Assembly (NCBI RefSeq): GCF_028368995.1
Contig: NZ_JAQNDL010000001.1
Location: 3,456,001 to 3,520,000, forward strand
Length of the DNA stretch: 64,000 nt
Direction: 5' to 3'
Source of the DNA: Nannocystis bainbridge
GTDB taxonomy: Bacteria; Myxococcota_A; Polyangia; Nannocystales; Nannocystaceae
Shown here: piece by piece, positions 30,673 through 40,578 of the stretch
Layout of the letters: each line of letters begins with the position of its first letter
How positions within the stretch are numbered: the first letter of the stretch is position 1
Made by a program: the position numbers and the translations under genes
Notes under the pieces: model-generated
What the model was told of the DNA's origin: nothing
Database searches by the model: none
The model's input: only the letters and a program-made list of their open reading frames with translations

Positions 30673-32292
30673 ATGTCCTGGCGCGCTCCTGGTCTGTTCT
30701 CGGTCTCGCTCCTCCTCGCGGCCTGCGGCGACGCTGGCGGCGCCACGCAGGGCGGCAGCGGCAGCGACGGCGACACCAGCGGCGACGCCGGCAGCACGAC
30801 CGCGGGCGCCGGCTCGGGCGGCGCGACCGAAGCCACGAGCACCGGCAGCAGCGGCACCGCACCCGCGCCGACCACCACTGGCGACACCAGCAGCGGCGAC
30901 CCCGGCACCACCGGCATGACCACCGGCGATCCCGGCTTCGGCCCCGGCCCGTGGGACCACGGCTTCTACATCCCCGAGGAGCCGCAGAAAGACGGCGACC
31001 CCGCGCTCGGCTACGAGGCCCTGCTCACCAGGGGCTACGTGTCCTGCGGCATCCCGTGGGGCCTCTGGCCGCTGGTCAAGCCGATCATCGGAACCTGGGC
31101 CGAGCGACCGCCGCTGCCCGGGCGCACCGGCAAGAACGCCGAGGTCCCCTACCACTGGAACGTCCACGCCAAGAACGGCGCCGACATCGTCAGCCAGAAC
31201 TGCCTGCAGTGCCACGCCGGCTCGTTCAACGGCCAGCTGATCGTCGGCCTCGGCACCGCCGACTTCGACTTCACCGACGACATCAGCCAGCTGCTGAAGA
31301 ACGTGTGGATCCCCGACATCCCGCTCCCCGGCCTCGAGGAGTTCACCCGCTTCCTCAACCGCACCAAGGCGCTCGGGCCCGCGACCCTCATGCACACCGT
31401 CGGCACCAACCCGGCCGAGATCATCGCCGTGACTCTGGTCGCGCACCGCGATCGCCACACCCTCGAGTGGTACGACGAGCTGCAGTACGAGCTGCCGAAC
31501 ATGGTCGTCGCCTCCGACCCGCCGCCGTGGTGGCGGGCCAAGAAGAAGCACGCGCTGTTCTACAACGGCATGGCGCGCGGCGATCACCGCGGCACGATGA
31601 TGCTGGCCTCGGCGCTGTGCACTGATTCGGTCGCCGAGGCCGAGCAGATCGACAGCTACTTCCACCACATCCAGGCCTTCATCCGCTCGGTGCAGGCGCC
31701 GAAGTACCCGCTGGCGATCGACGCCGCGCTGGCGAGCCAGGGCGAGGGCCTGTTCCTCGCCAACTGCGCCGGCTGCCACGGCACCTACGCCGCCGACGAC
31801 GCGCAGGACACCTACCCCAACCTGCTCTTCCCGCTCGACGTCGTCGGCACCGACCCGGTGGTCGCCGAGGCCGGCACCGAGTACGCGCCCTACCTGGTCG
31901 ATTGGTACAACGAGAGCTGGTTCGGCAAGATCACCCGCATGGAGCCCGGCCAGCCGTTCCCCGGCTACATGGCGCCGCCGCTCGACGGCGTGTGGGCGAC
32001 CGGCCCGTTCCTCCACAACGGCTCGGTGCCGACCATCGAGCTGGTCCTCGACAGCACCAAGCGGCCCAAGTACTGGAAGCGCGTCGACTACGACTCGAAG
32101 AACTTCGACGAGGAAGCGCTCGGCTGGCCGTTCGTCGCCACTCCCTACGGCCAGGTCGGCGCCCCCGACGACGAGCGCAAGTTCATCTACGACACGACGT
32201 TCGTCGCCCACGGCAACGCGGGCCACACCTTCGGCGACCACTTCACGCCGGACCAGCGCCGCGCGGTGCTCGAGTACCTCAAGACGCTGTGA
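30673..32292 (+). CDS. Di-heme c-type cytochrome lipoprotein (RoxA-related/CCP-like)
   Basis: LAAC lipobox, Thr/Gly/Ser linker, CLQCH and CAGCH, GYMAPPLDGVWATGPFLHNGSVPT, GHTFG...VLEYLKTL. Confidence 0.85.
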   Translation: MSWRAPGLFSVSLLLAACGDAGGATQGGSGSDGDTSGDAGSTTAGAGSGGATEATSTGSSGTAPAPTTTGDTSSGDPGTTGMTTGDPGFGPGPWDHGFYIPEEPQKDGDPALGYEALLTRGYVSCGIPWGLWPLVKPIIGTWAERPPLPGRTGKNAEVPYHWNVHAKNGADIVSQNCLQCHAGSFNGQLIVGLGTADFDFTDDISQLLKNVWIPDIPLPGLEEFTRFLNRTKALGPATLMHTVGTNPAEIIAVTLVAHRDRHTLEWYDELQYELPNMVVASDPPPWWRAKKKHALFYNGMARGDHRGTMMLASALCTDSVAEAEQIDSYFHHIQAFIRSVQAPKYPLAIDAALASQGEGLFLANCAGCHGTYAADDAQDTYPNLLFPLDVVGTDPVVAEAGTEYAPYLVDWYNESWFGKITRMEPGQPFPGYMAPPLDGVWATGPFLHNGSVPTIELVLDSTKRPKYWKRVDYDSKNFDEEALGWPFVATPYGQVGAPDDERKFIYDTTFVAHGNAGHTFGDHFTPDQRRAVLEYLKTL

Positions 32293-32295
32293 CGC

Positions 32296-33039
32296 TCACC
32301 CGAAGGCCGGCTCGCGGCCGTCGAGCGTGCCGGCCGCGCCGACCGCGGCGAAGCGGAAGAACAGGTCCTCGGCGAACCACCGCCGGGCCAGCGCCGCGCG
32401 GGCCGCCGCCTGGTGGTTCGAGCCGGCCCACGCGAATTGCTCGAGGCTGTCGGCGTCGTCCCACACGCTGAACGTGACCGGGCGGATCCACGGCAGCTCG
32501 CCGATCCCCAGCGCCGCGCGCAGGCCGGGCGCGCGCACCAGCCGGCTGTTGATCGCCGGCACCCGCGACCAGAAGTTGAAGAACCCGCGCAGGCGCAGGC
32601 GCGCCCGCGTGATCGCGACCATGGGTAGCCTTTGGGGCAGGTCCGAAAGGCCAGGTCCGAACGGACAGGTCCCGCCCCAGCTACCGCGGCCGCGCGCGGT
32701 CAGCAGCGCCAGCGTCCACGCCTCGCTGGCGCGCGCGCGGTAGTCGGCGAACAGCGCGCTGCGGGCGAAGAAGTCCGCGAGCACATGCTCCGAAGACCAG
32801 GTCGCGACCAGGGCGTAGCGCGACAGGTCGGGCTTCGCCGAGAAGCCGAGGCCGCCGCCGCTGCCGCACAGGCGCCAGAACTGCAGGCCCGGGGTGGCCG
32901 CCAGCGGGGCGCGGGCGCGGCCCATCTGCTTGAAGGCCCACAGCCGTCGGCCGGGCGGGAACCGCAGCACCGTGACCGTCGTGATCGTCGCGCCGGGCGG
33001 CGGGCGATGGACCCACCGGAGAGCGTGCTCGCCCGGCAA
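32296..33039 (-). CDS. Spheroidene monooxygenase (CrtA)-like protein
   Basis: FWRLCGSGGGLGFS, RGSWGG, AITRARLR, FW..VP, GIGELP, TFSVW, H...WFAEDLFFRF. Confidence 0.75.
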   Translation of the reverse strand: MPGEHALRWVHRPPPGATITTVTVLRFPPGRRLWAFKQMGRARAPLAATPGLQFWRLCGSGGGLGFSAKPDLSRYALVATWSSEHVLADFFARSALFADYRARASEAWTLALLTARGRGSWGGTCPFGPGLSDLPQRLPMVAITRARLRLRGFFNFWSRVPAINSRLVRAPGLRAALGIGELPWIRPVTFSVWDDADSLEQFAWAGSNHQAAARAALARRWFAEDLFFRFAAVGAAGTLDGREPAFG

Positions 33040-33043
33040 GCGC

Positions 33044-33799
33044 TCACGACCCCGGCAGGAACTGCACCGCGTGTTGCGGGATCGCCGTCGCCGCGCCCAC
33101 CAACACCTGGTCGCCCCAGCGCTCGACCCACAGCGCCCGGTCGGCCGCCGCGCGGTAGACGTAGGTCGCCACCCGCGGCAGCGCCGGCCGCCCGTGCATG
33201 CCGACCCCGGCCGCGCTGGCCTGGCCGCGCCGCTCGAGCGCGTAAGTGTGCTCCTGGTGCGGGATGTGGCGCGGCGGCTCGCCCGACAGCCCGTGGCCGC
33301 GGACCGGCTCGGCCAGCAGCCACCGCTCCTGGTCCGGCGAACCGACCAGCCAGCGCTGACGATCGGCGTCGGTCATCACCGCGATCACCGTGGCGGTGGC
33401 GCCCTCCTTGAGGTTGACCACGCCGTCGACCAGGTAGTCGCCGTCGAGGTTGGGGTCGCCGGTCTCGATGACGATGACGTCGCCCTGGCGCAGCGAGGTG
33501 AGGGTGAGCTCGGGCCCCTCGGGGGTGTCGGGCGCGGCGCGCGGGACGGGTGCGGGCTGAAGCCGGCCCTGGAGGCGCTGGGCGACGCGCGCGCGGATCT
33601 TCTGGCTGATCGGGTCTGCGGGGATCGATCCGGAGGTGGTCGAGCCGGAGGACGCGGCGGCGAGGGCGAGCTGCGGGCCGTCACCCTCGGTGAGCTGCCG
33701 CCGGTCGCCCCAGTCGCGCAGGCGTCGGGCCGCGAGGATCCCGACCCAAAAAGCACCGGCGATGGTCATGGCGGCGAGCAAGGAGGCGAGCGTCAACAT
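33044..33799 (-). CDS. Membrane-anchored hypothetical protein (DUF4178-like)
   Basis: N-terminal TM helix; LRQGDVI...YLVDG...YALERRG...LWVERWG pattern. Confidence 0.6.
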   Translation of the reverse strand: MLTLASLLAAMTIAGAFWVGILAARRLRDWGDRRQLTEGDGPQLALAAASSGSTTSGSIPADPISQKIRARVAQRLQGRLQPAPVPRAAPDTPEGPELTLTSLRQGDVIVIETGDPNLDGDYLVDGVVNLKEGATATVIAVMTDADRQRWLVGSPDQERWLLAEPVRGHGLSGEPPRHIPHQEHTYALERRGQASAAGVGMHGRPALPRVATYVYRAAADRALWVERWGDQVLVGAATAIPQHAVQFLPGS

Positions 33800-34042
33800 G
33801 CGGGAGCGGAGGCCCTCGACGCTTGCTTGTAGCACGCGGCCCGGGCCCGCGGGAGGCCACACCCGTCAGGACCCTCGCCCGCCCGCCCTGCCGCGCGCTC
33901 GCCCCGGGAGATCGCCGCCCGCGCGAGGTGCGACGCCCGGGCCGGGTCCGCGGCCGGTCCGACGGCGCCTGCCGTGCCCGCGACCTCCCGCTGGCTCGTG
34001 GCCGCAGGCGCGCGCGCCGACGCGCCCACCGGCGGGCCGCAA

Positions 34043-34275
34043 GGACATGTCCCTTCGGACATGTTAAAAAGACGCGGAGCGGGAATCACAGGCACGTTAG
34101 GACATGTCCGAACGTGCATGTTCGGAGCCGAGCGCCGGCGGCACCGTCTCCGCGAACGTGCGCGACCCATGGCGAAAGCGCCCAGCACCGTCGCCGCTCC
34201 TCGTGTTGCGCCTGTCACTCAGGACATGTCGAAAAGCACATTGTCACAAGCACATGTACTTTGGAACATGTCCAA
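34043..34275. repeat. Dense cluster of 14-bp-period decamer arrays (2+3+5 units)
   Basis: Cores at 34046/34060; 34089/34103/34117; 34211/34225/34239/34253/34267. Confidence 0.88.
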
Positions 34276-34287
34276 GAAGACCACGGC

Positions 34288-36837
34288 TCACCGCCGCGGG
34301 GCCGGCGGCGCGGCGGTGCGTGGGTCGTCGGGCCACGAGTGGCGCGGGTAGCGGCGCATCAGCGCCTTGCGGACCTCGGGGTAGTGGCGGTCCCAGAACC
34401 CGGAGAGGTCGGTCGTGACCTGCTCGGCGCGGCCGTTCGGGGCCAGCAGATGCAGCACCAGCGGCACCTTGCCGCCGGCGATGTGCGGCCCGCGGCTCAT
34501 GCCGAAGAAGTCTTGCAGGCGCGACGCCAGCCACGGCGGCTTGTCGGGCTCGTAGTGCACGGCCACGCGCCGGCCTCCGGGCAGCTGCACGTGCGTCGGC
34601 GCCAGCCGCTCGAGCCCGCCGCCCGCGGCCACGCGCCCGAGCAGCTGGCCCATCAGGTCGGCCGCGCGCAGCTCGGCGAAGCTGGTCCGGCCCTCGCAAA
34701 GCTCGGCCAGCACCGCGCGCGCGACCGCCTCGGTGATCACCGGCGCCCCCGGCACGTGCGCCGCCACGAACGCCGAGCGCGCCATCAGCCCGCGCAGCGC
34801 CTCCGCGTCGGCCACGAACCGCTCGGGCCCGGCCGCCTGCGCCTGCGCGCGCAGCAGCTCGCTGGCCGCGGGCGGCAGCTTCGCCCCCGTCGTGCGCTCG
34901 AGCAGCAGCCCCATGTACCGCAGCTCGCGCGCCCCCTCGACCCGCTCGCGCGCCGCGTTCCACTGCAGCTCGTCGCGCTCCTCGATCTCGTCGCACAGCT
35001 GGTCGATCAACCACTCCGGCTCGATCGCGCAGGCGCTGCGCACCAGCACCTGCGGCCCGCGGTCGGCCTCGCGCCGCTGCTCGACCTCCAGCGCCAGCAG
35101 CCACGGCGCCGTGCGCACCACCGACCCCGGCCCGAGCCGCGCCGCCCCGCCGCCCGCCAGCGCCAGCGCGCGGAAGCCCCCGACCTCGTCGCGCGCCTGC
35201 GCCACCCGCTCGGGGAAGGCCGCCAGCAGGGCCATGCGCAGCCTGTCCTCTCGTTCCTGTTCCTTGATACCTAGCTCTTTGGACCTGTCCCGAGAGTCAT
35301 GCGGAAGCGCGCGCAGTAGCTGGTCGCGGACCTGCAGCGCGCGGCGGGCCGGCCCGCCCAGCAGGCCGCGCTCGTCGCCGCGGCGGCGCAGCTTCTCGAG
35401 GTCGGCGAGGTCGACCAGCACGTCGGCGTCGGCGTCGCACGAGGCCAGCGCGCCTGACGGGCGGATCGATCGCTCGGACAGCAGCGCCGCCGCGCCGCAG
35501 GCCAGCCCCGGCACGCCGCGATCGATCCCCTCGCACAGCAGCCGCCCGAGCCGCGGGTGGAGCGGGAACGCCAGCATGCGCCGGCCCAGCGGCGTCACCT
35601 GGCCTGCAGGACCGGTCGCCCCCAGCCGCCGCAGCAGCGCCTCGCCGGCCTGCAGCGACGCCGCTGGCGGCGCCTCGAACCATGGGAACGCGGCTGGATC
35701 GGCGACCGCGAACGCGTGCAGGTCGAGCAGCGCGCTCGCCAGATCGACCCGGTGGATCTCCGGCGGCGTGTGCTCGGGCCGGCGGTCGTGGTCGACCTGG
35801 GCGTACAGCCGCAGGCACCGGCCAGGCCGCGTGCGCCCGGCTCGCCCGGCGCGCTGGGCCGCCGACGCGCGTGACACCTTGCCGAGCTGCAGCGTCGGGA
35901 TCCCCGTCCACGGGTCGTGCGCCGCCACCCGCGCCAGCCCGCCGTCGATCACCGCCGCGATCCCGTCGATCGTCACCGACGTCTCGGCGACGTTGGTGCT
36001 GAGGATCAGCTTCCTCTGGGGACATGGCCGAACGGCCAGGTCCTGCGCGGCCGGCGGCAGCTCGCCGTGCAGCGGCACCACCATCATCCCGTGGTGGGCG
36101 GCGAACCCGGCGCAGGCCTCGGCCGCGCGGGCGATCTCGCGGGCCCCGGGCAGGAACACCAGGACATCGCCGTCGAGCCCCTCGTCGACCAGCTTCGCCA
36201 GCGCCCGCAGCACCCCCGAGTGGAGCTCGTTCGGCTCGCCGAGGTGCTCGATCTCCACCGGGAACATCCGCCCGGCGCTGGTGATCCGGGCGCACGGCTC
36301 GGCTGCTCCTTCGGACAGGTAACTCGCGACCGCGGCGCCGTCGAGGGTCGCCGACATCACGACGAGCTTGAGGTCGGGCCGGTCCGAGCGCTGGAGCTGG
36401 CGCAGCAGCGCGAGCCCCACGTCGCCGTCGATGTGGCGCTCGTGGAACTCGTCGAGCACGACCGCGCCGACGTCGCGCAGCGCCGGGTCGGCGTGCAGCT
36501 TGCGCGCCAGCAGGCCCTCGGTGATGAAGCGCAGGCGCGTCGTCGGACCGACCGCCGACTCGAAGCGGACCTGGTAGCCGACGGTCGCGCCGAGCGGTTC
36601 GCCGAGGCTCTCGGCCACCCGCGCCGCGGTCATGCGCGCCGCCAGGCGGCGCGGCTGCAGCACCAGCACCTCGCGCTCGCCGGCCAGCCCGGCCTGCAGC
36701 AGCGCCAGCGGCACGCGCGTGGTCTTGCCGGCCCCGGGCGGCGCCTCGATCACCGCGCAGGGCGATCGCTGCAGGGCCGCGACGATGTCGGCGAGGACCT
36801 CGTCGATCGGCAGCTGCGAGGGTGCGCGCGGGGCCAC
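34288..36837 (-). CDS. hrpB: ATP-dependent RNA helicase HrpB
   Basis: LPIDEVL, APPGAGKTT, DEFHER, MSAT, TNVAETS, QRAGRAGR, C-terminal LQDFFG...RYPRHSWP. Confidence 0.96.
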   Translation of the reverse strand: MAPRAPSQLPIDEVLADIVAALQRSPCAVIEAPPGAGKTTRVPLALLQAGLAGEREVLVLQPRRLAARMTAARVAESLGEPLGATVGYQVRFESAVGPTTRLRFITEGLLARKLHADPALRDVGAVVLDEFHERHIDGDVGLALLRQLQRSDRPDLKLVVMSATLDGAAVASYLSEGAAEPCARITSAGRMFPVEIEHLGEPNELHSGVLRALAKLVDEGLDGDVLVFLPGAREIARAAEACAGFAAHHGMMVVPLHGELPPAAQDLAVRPCPQRKLILSTNVAETSVTIDGIAAVIDGGLARVAAHDPWTGIPTLQLGKVSRASAAQRAGRAGRTRPGRCLRLYAQVDHDRRPEHTPPEIHRVDLASALLDLHAFAVADPAAFPWFEAPPAASLQAGEALLRRLGATGPAGQVTPLGRRMLAFPLHPRLGRLLCEGIDRGVPGLACGAAALLSERSIRPSGALASCDADADVLVDLADLEKLRRRGDERGLLGGPARRALQVRDQLLRALPHDSRDRSKELGIKEQEREDRLRMALLAAFPERVAQARDEVGGFRALALAGGGAARLGPGSVVRTAPWLLALEVEQRREADRGPQVLVRSACAIEPEWLIDQLCDEIEERDELQWNAARERVEGARELRYMGLLLERTTGAKLPPAASELLRAQAQAAGPERFVADAEALRGLMARSAFVAAHVPGAPVITEAVARAVLAELCEGRTSFAELRAADLMGQLLGRVAAGGGLERLAPTHVQLPGGRRVAVHYEPDKPPWLASRLQDFFGMSRGPHIAGGKVPLVLHLLAPNGRAEQVTTDLSGFWDRHYPEVRKALMRRYPRHSWPDDPRTAAPPAPRR

Positions 36838-37043
36838 GACGGCGCAGCATAGCGGCCCGCTGCGGCTGCGCCCGCTCGCAGGTTTGCGCCTGGTCGCGTG
36901 AGTTTTCCGCGAGACGATGCCCATCGCGTGAGCTGTCCTCGGGGTCATCTCTCCCGCAGAACTGGCCCGAACGGCAGGCGACGGGTCGCGCTCGCACGCC
37001 GCGCTTGACCGGGTGCCGGGGCCGGCGCCAAGCTCCCTCGACG

Positions 37044-37274
37044 GTGGCCTTCAACCTGGCGCAGCTCGAGCTCGGTGCGCGTGCCCGCGTGACCCTCGTC
37101 GGGGGCAGCGGGGCGCTGGCGCTGCGTCTGCTCGAGATGGGCTTCACGCCGGGCACCGTGGTGCTGCTGGTCAAGCGGGCCCCGTTCGGCGACCCGCTCG
37201 AGCTGCAGGTCCGCGGCTGTCACGTGTCGCTGCGCAAGGCCGAGGCCGCGCGGATCGAGGCGGTGTTGTTATGA
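37044..37274 (+). CDS. feoA: Ferrous iron transport protein A
   Basis: RLLEMGFTPG...APFGDPLELQVRG..VSLRKAEA; overlaps the feoB start (ATGA). Confidence 0.93.
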   Translation: MAFNLAQLELGARARVTLVGGSGALALRLLEMGFTPGTVVLLVKRAPFGDPLELQVRGCHVSLRKAEAARIEAVLL

Positions 37275-39427
37275 CGCTGCGCGGCGCGACGCCCCTGCGC
37301 GTGGCCCTCGCGGGCAACCCGAACGTCGGCAAGACCAGCCTCTTCAACGAGCTGACCGGGTCGCGCCACAAGGTCGGCAACTACGCCGGCGTCACCGTCG
37401 AGACCCGCGCCGGCGCCGTCGTCGCTCGCCTCGCCCCCGCGCGGCCGATCACGATCGTCGACCTGCCCGGCACCTACAGCCTCACGCCGATCGCCGAGGA
37501 CGAGGCCGTCGCGTTCCGCTGCCTCACCGGCGCCGACGACCAGCCGCCCGACGTCGTCGCCCTCGTGCTCGACGCCGCCAACCTGGCCCGCAACCTCTAC
37601 CTCGCCGTCCAGCTGCTCGAGCTCGGGCGCCCGCTGGTCGTCGCCCTCAACATGATGGACGTCGCCGCCGAGGCCGGCGCACCGGTCGACCCCGCCGCCC
37701 TGGCCCGCGCCCTCGGCGTGCCGGTCTTGCCGACGGTCGCGCGCACCGGCGAGGGCATCGCGCGCCTGGTCGAAGGGCTAGGTTCCATCGAACATGTCCC
37801 TTCGGACACCTCGCCGCTGCGCGCCCGCCTTCTGACGGGCGACGACGCCGTGCCGCCGCCGCCCGGGACCGAACTGGCGCGCTGGCGCTGGCTGGTCTCG
37901 GCGGCCGCGGCCGGCACCCTCGACCTGGCCGCGCCGACCGCCGACGAGCGCGTCGCTCTGGCCGCGCTGGCGCCCGCGGCCGTGACCGCGGCCGCGCACG
38001 CGCGGGTGATCGCCCGCTACCGCGAGGTCGACGCCCTGCTGGCCGAGCTCGGCTTCACCGCCGCCCAGCGCGAGCGGGCCCCGGCGATGACCCGCTCGGC
38101 GGCGATCGACCGCGTGCTGACCCACCGCGTGTGGGGCCTGGCGATCTTCGTCCTCGTCATGGCGACGATCTTCAGCTCGATCTTCACCTGGGCCGAGCCG
38201 ATCATGGGCGCGATCGAGGCGCTCATCAGCTGGCTCTCGGGACAGGTCCGCGGACCGCTCGGGCCCGGCGTCTTCACCGACCTGCTGACCCAGGGCGTGA
38301 TCGCCGGCGCCGGCAACGTGCTGGTGTTCGTGCCGCAGATCGCCCTGCTGTTCCTGCTGCTCGGCCTGCTCGAGGACTCGGGCTACATGGCCCGCGCGGC
38401 GTTCCTGGTCGACCGGCTGATGGCCAGGGTCGGCCTGCACGGGCGCGCCTTCGTCCCGCTGCTGAGCGGCTACGCCTGCGCCATCCCGGCCATCCTCGGC
38501 ACCCGCACGATCACCGACCCGCGCGACCGCCTGGCCACGATCCTCATGATCCCGTTCATGAGCTGCAGCGCGCGCCTGCCGATCTACGTCCTCTTCATCA
38601 GCGCGCTGTTCCCCGCCGACGACCGCGTCGGCCCGTTCACCGTCGGCAGCCTCATGCTGGTCGGCTTCTACGCGCTGTCGACGGTGTCGGCCCTGCTCGT
38701 CGGCGCGTTCTGGAAGCGCACCGCCCTGCGCGGCCCGACCCCGCCGTTCGTGCTCGAGCTGCCGCCGTACCGGCTGCCGCGCCTGCGCAACACCCTGCTC
38801 CACGTCTACGACCGCACCGCCGACTTCGTCCGCCAGGCCGGCACCGTCATCCTCGCGGTCACCGTCGTGCTGTGGGTGCTGCTCAGCTTCCCGCGCCCGC
38901 CCGACGCGCCGCCGGTGCCGGTCGACGTCGACCCGGTCGCGCATGTCGAGCCGGACATGTCCGAAACGCCAGACTCGCCGACCCCGCCGCGCGACGAGGA
39001 CTCGCCGATCGTGCACTCGATCGGCGGCCGGATCGGCAAGGCGATCGAGCCGGCGCTGCTGCCGATGGGCCAGGACTTCCGCATGGGCATCGCCATCCTC
39101 GGCAGCTTCGCCGCCCGCGAGGTCATGGTCAGCACGCTCGGCCTGGTCTACGGCATCGAAGAGGACGACGACGACCAGACCTCGCTGCGCGAGAAGCTCC
39201 GCGAGGCCCGCGAGCCCGACGGCTCGCGCCGCCACACCCCCCTGAAGGGCCTGGCGGCGATGATCTTCTTCGTCTACGCCTGCCAGTGCATGTCGACGCT
39301 GGCGGTGGTGCGCCGCGAGACCGGCGCGTGGAAGTGGCCGCTGGTGATGTTCACCACCATGTCGGCCCTGGCCTACGCGCTGGCGGTGCTGGTCTACCAG
39401 GTCGGCCTCGCGCTCGGCTACACCTGA
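37271..39427 (+). CDS. feoB: Ferrous iron transport protein B
   Basis: GNPNVGKT, NYAGVTVE, DLPGTY, NMMD, LEDSGYMAR, MSCSARLP, FVLELPPY, AREV. Confidence 0.97.
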   Translation: MTLRGATPLRVALAGNPNVGKTSLFNELTGSRHKVGNYAGVTVETRAGAVVARLAPARPITIVDLPGTYSLTPIAEDEAVAFRCLTGADDQPPDVVALVLDAANLARNLYLAVQLLELGRPLVVALNMMDVAAEAGAPVDPAALARALGVPVLPTVARTGEGIARLVEGLGSIEHVPSDTSPLRARLLTGDDAVPPPPGTELARWRWLVSAAAAGTLDLAAPTADERVALAALAPAAVTAAAHARVIARYREVDALLAELGFTAAQRERAPAMTRSAAIDRVLTHRVWGLAIFVLVMATIFSSIFTWAEPIMGAIEALISWLSGQVRGPLGPGVFTDLLTQGVIAGAGNVLVFVPQIALLFLLLGLLEDSGYMARAAFLVDRLMARVGLHGRAFVPLLSGYACAIPAILGTRTITDPRDRLATILMIPFMSCSARLPIYVLFISALFPADDRVGPFTVGSLMLVGFYALSTVSALLVGAFWKRTALRGPTPPFVLELPPYRLPRLRNTLLHVYDRTADFVRQAGTVILAVTVVLWVLLSFPRPPDAPPVPVDVDPVAHVEPDMSETPDSPTPPRDEDSPIVHSIGGRIGKAIEPALLPMGQDFRMGIAILGSFAAREVMVSTLGLVYGIEEDDDDQTSLREKLREAREPDGSRRHTPLKGLAAMIFFVYACQCMSTLAVVRRETGAWKWPLVMFTTMSALAYALAVLVYQVGLALGYT

Positions 39428-39504
39428 CCTGGCCCTGTGAGCATGTCGGATCGGTCATGCCCGATCGGACCTATTCGAATGGACCTGTTCTTTCGAACAG
39501 GTCC
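39425..39504. repeat. 14-bp-period decamer array (6 units) between convergent feoB and mscL
   Basis: Cores at 39428, 39442, 39456, 39470, 39484, 39498. Confidence 0.85.
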
Positions 39505-39525
39505 GGGGCATCGTCGCGGCTCGCC

Positions 39526-39963
39526 TCAGAGCGGGCGGGCTCGCAGCAGGTCGCGGATCTCCGCCAGCAGCTTCTCCTGGGCCGTCGGCGGCGCCGGGAC
39601 CTCCTCCTCCTTGGCGATCATGCGCTCCTTCGCCCGCTGGATCGCCGACACCAGCAGGTAGACGGCGAACGCGACGATCAGGAACGTGACGATGAAGTTG
39701 AGGAACACACCGTAGCGGACCGTCACCGCGCCGGCCGCGGTCGCGGCGGCCAGCGTGTCGTAGGGGCCGACCGGCGCGCCGTCCTTGAGGACGACGAAGA
39801 GGTTGGAGAAGTCGACGCCGCCGAGAGCGAGGCCGATGGGCGGCATGATCACGTCGTCGACCAGCGACTTGACGATCGCGCCGAACGCCGCGCCGAGGAT
39901 AATGCCGGAAGCCATGTCGATCAGGCTTCCGCGCATGGCGAACTTCTTGAACCCGCTGAGCAT
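39526..39963 (-). CDS. mscL: Large-conductance mechanosensitive channel
   Basis: FKKFAMRG..IDMA.GIILGAAFGAIVKSLVDDVIMP, YGVFL, LLAEIRDLL. Confidence 0.96.
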   Translation of the reverse strand: MLSGFKKFAMRGSLIDMASGIILGAAFGAIVKSLVDDVIMPPIGLALGGVDFSNLFVVLKDGAPVGPYDTLAAATAAGAVTVRYGVFLNFIVTFLIVAFAVYLLVSAIQRAKERMIAKEEEVPAPPTAQEKLLAEIRDLLRARPL

Positions 39964-40064
39964 CGCGCGGGATTCTATTGCCCCGGACCGACGAACACGC
40001 CAGCGAACGACGGGGCGGCCGGTGGCGACCTGCGATTTGCCTCACGGTCGCGGCGGACGGCGGA

Positions 40065-40484
40065 CTACAGCTTGTCCGACGCGATGCCGACCGAGCCGAC
40101 GCCCGCCTCGTGGGCGGCCGCCATCAGGCGAATGACCTCGCCGTACTTGACCCCGGGCGCGGCGTCGATCGCCAGCTTGCCGTCGTTCTGAACCTTCGTG
40201 TTGGCCTGAAGCGCCGCGATCACGCCGACGGTGTCGCTGGCGATCACCTGCGTGCCGAGCTTGACGACCCCCGCGGTATCGATCGACAGCAGCAAGGTCG
40301 CGTTGGGGTCGGCCGGACCCTGCACCTTCGACTGGGTCGGGATGTCGAGCGGCATCTGCGTGTTGGTGGCCGGCGGCGCCGACACCATGAAGATGATCAG
40401 GAGGCACAGGAGCACGTCGACCAGCGGGGTCACGTTGATCTCGTTGAGGGCGTCGCCCTCGTCTCCGCCGACGCTGACTGCCAT
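40065..40484 (-). CDS. exbD: ExbD/TolR family biopolymer transport protein
   Basis: EINVTPLVDVLLCLLIIFMV; ATG at 40484. Confidence 0.9.
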   Translation of the reverse strand: MAVSVGGDEGDALNEINVTPLVDVLLCLLIIFMVSAPPATNTQMPLDIPTQSKVQGPADPNATLLLSIDTAGVVKLGTQVIASDTVGVIAALQANTKVQNDGKLAIDAAPGVKYGEVIRLMAAAHEAGVGSVGIASDKL

Positions 40485-40578
40485 GGTGCGGCTCACGCTA
40501 GCGGGCCGCGGCCGCCGCGTAAAGCCCGGCCCCGATCGTCGGCGCACGCGCCGGGGTTTCCGCGATATCTTGCCGGCC

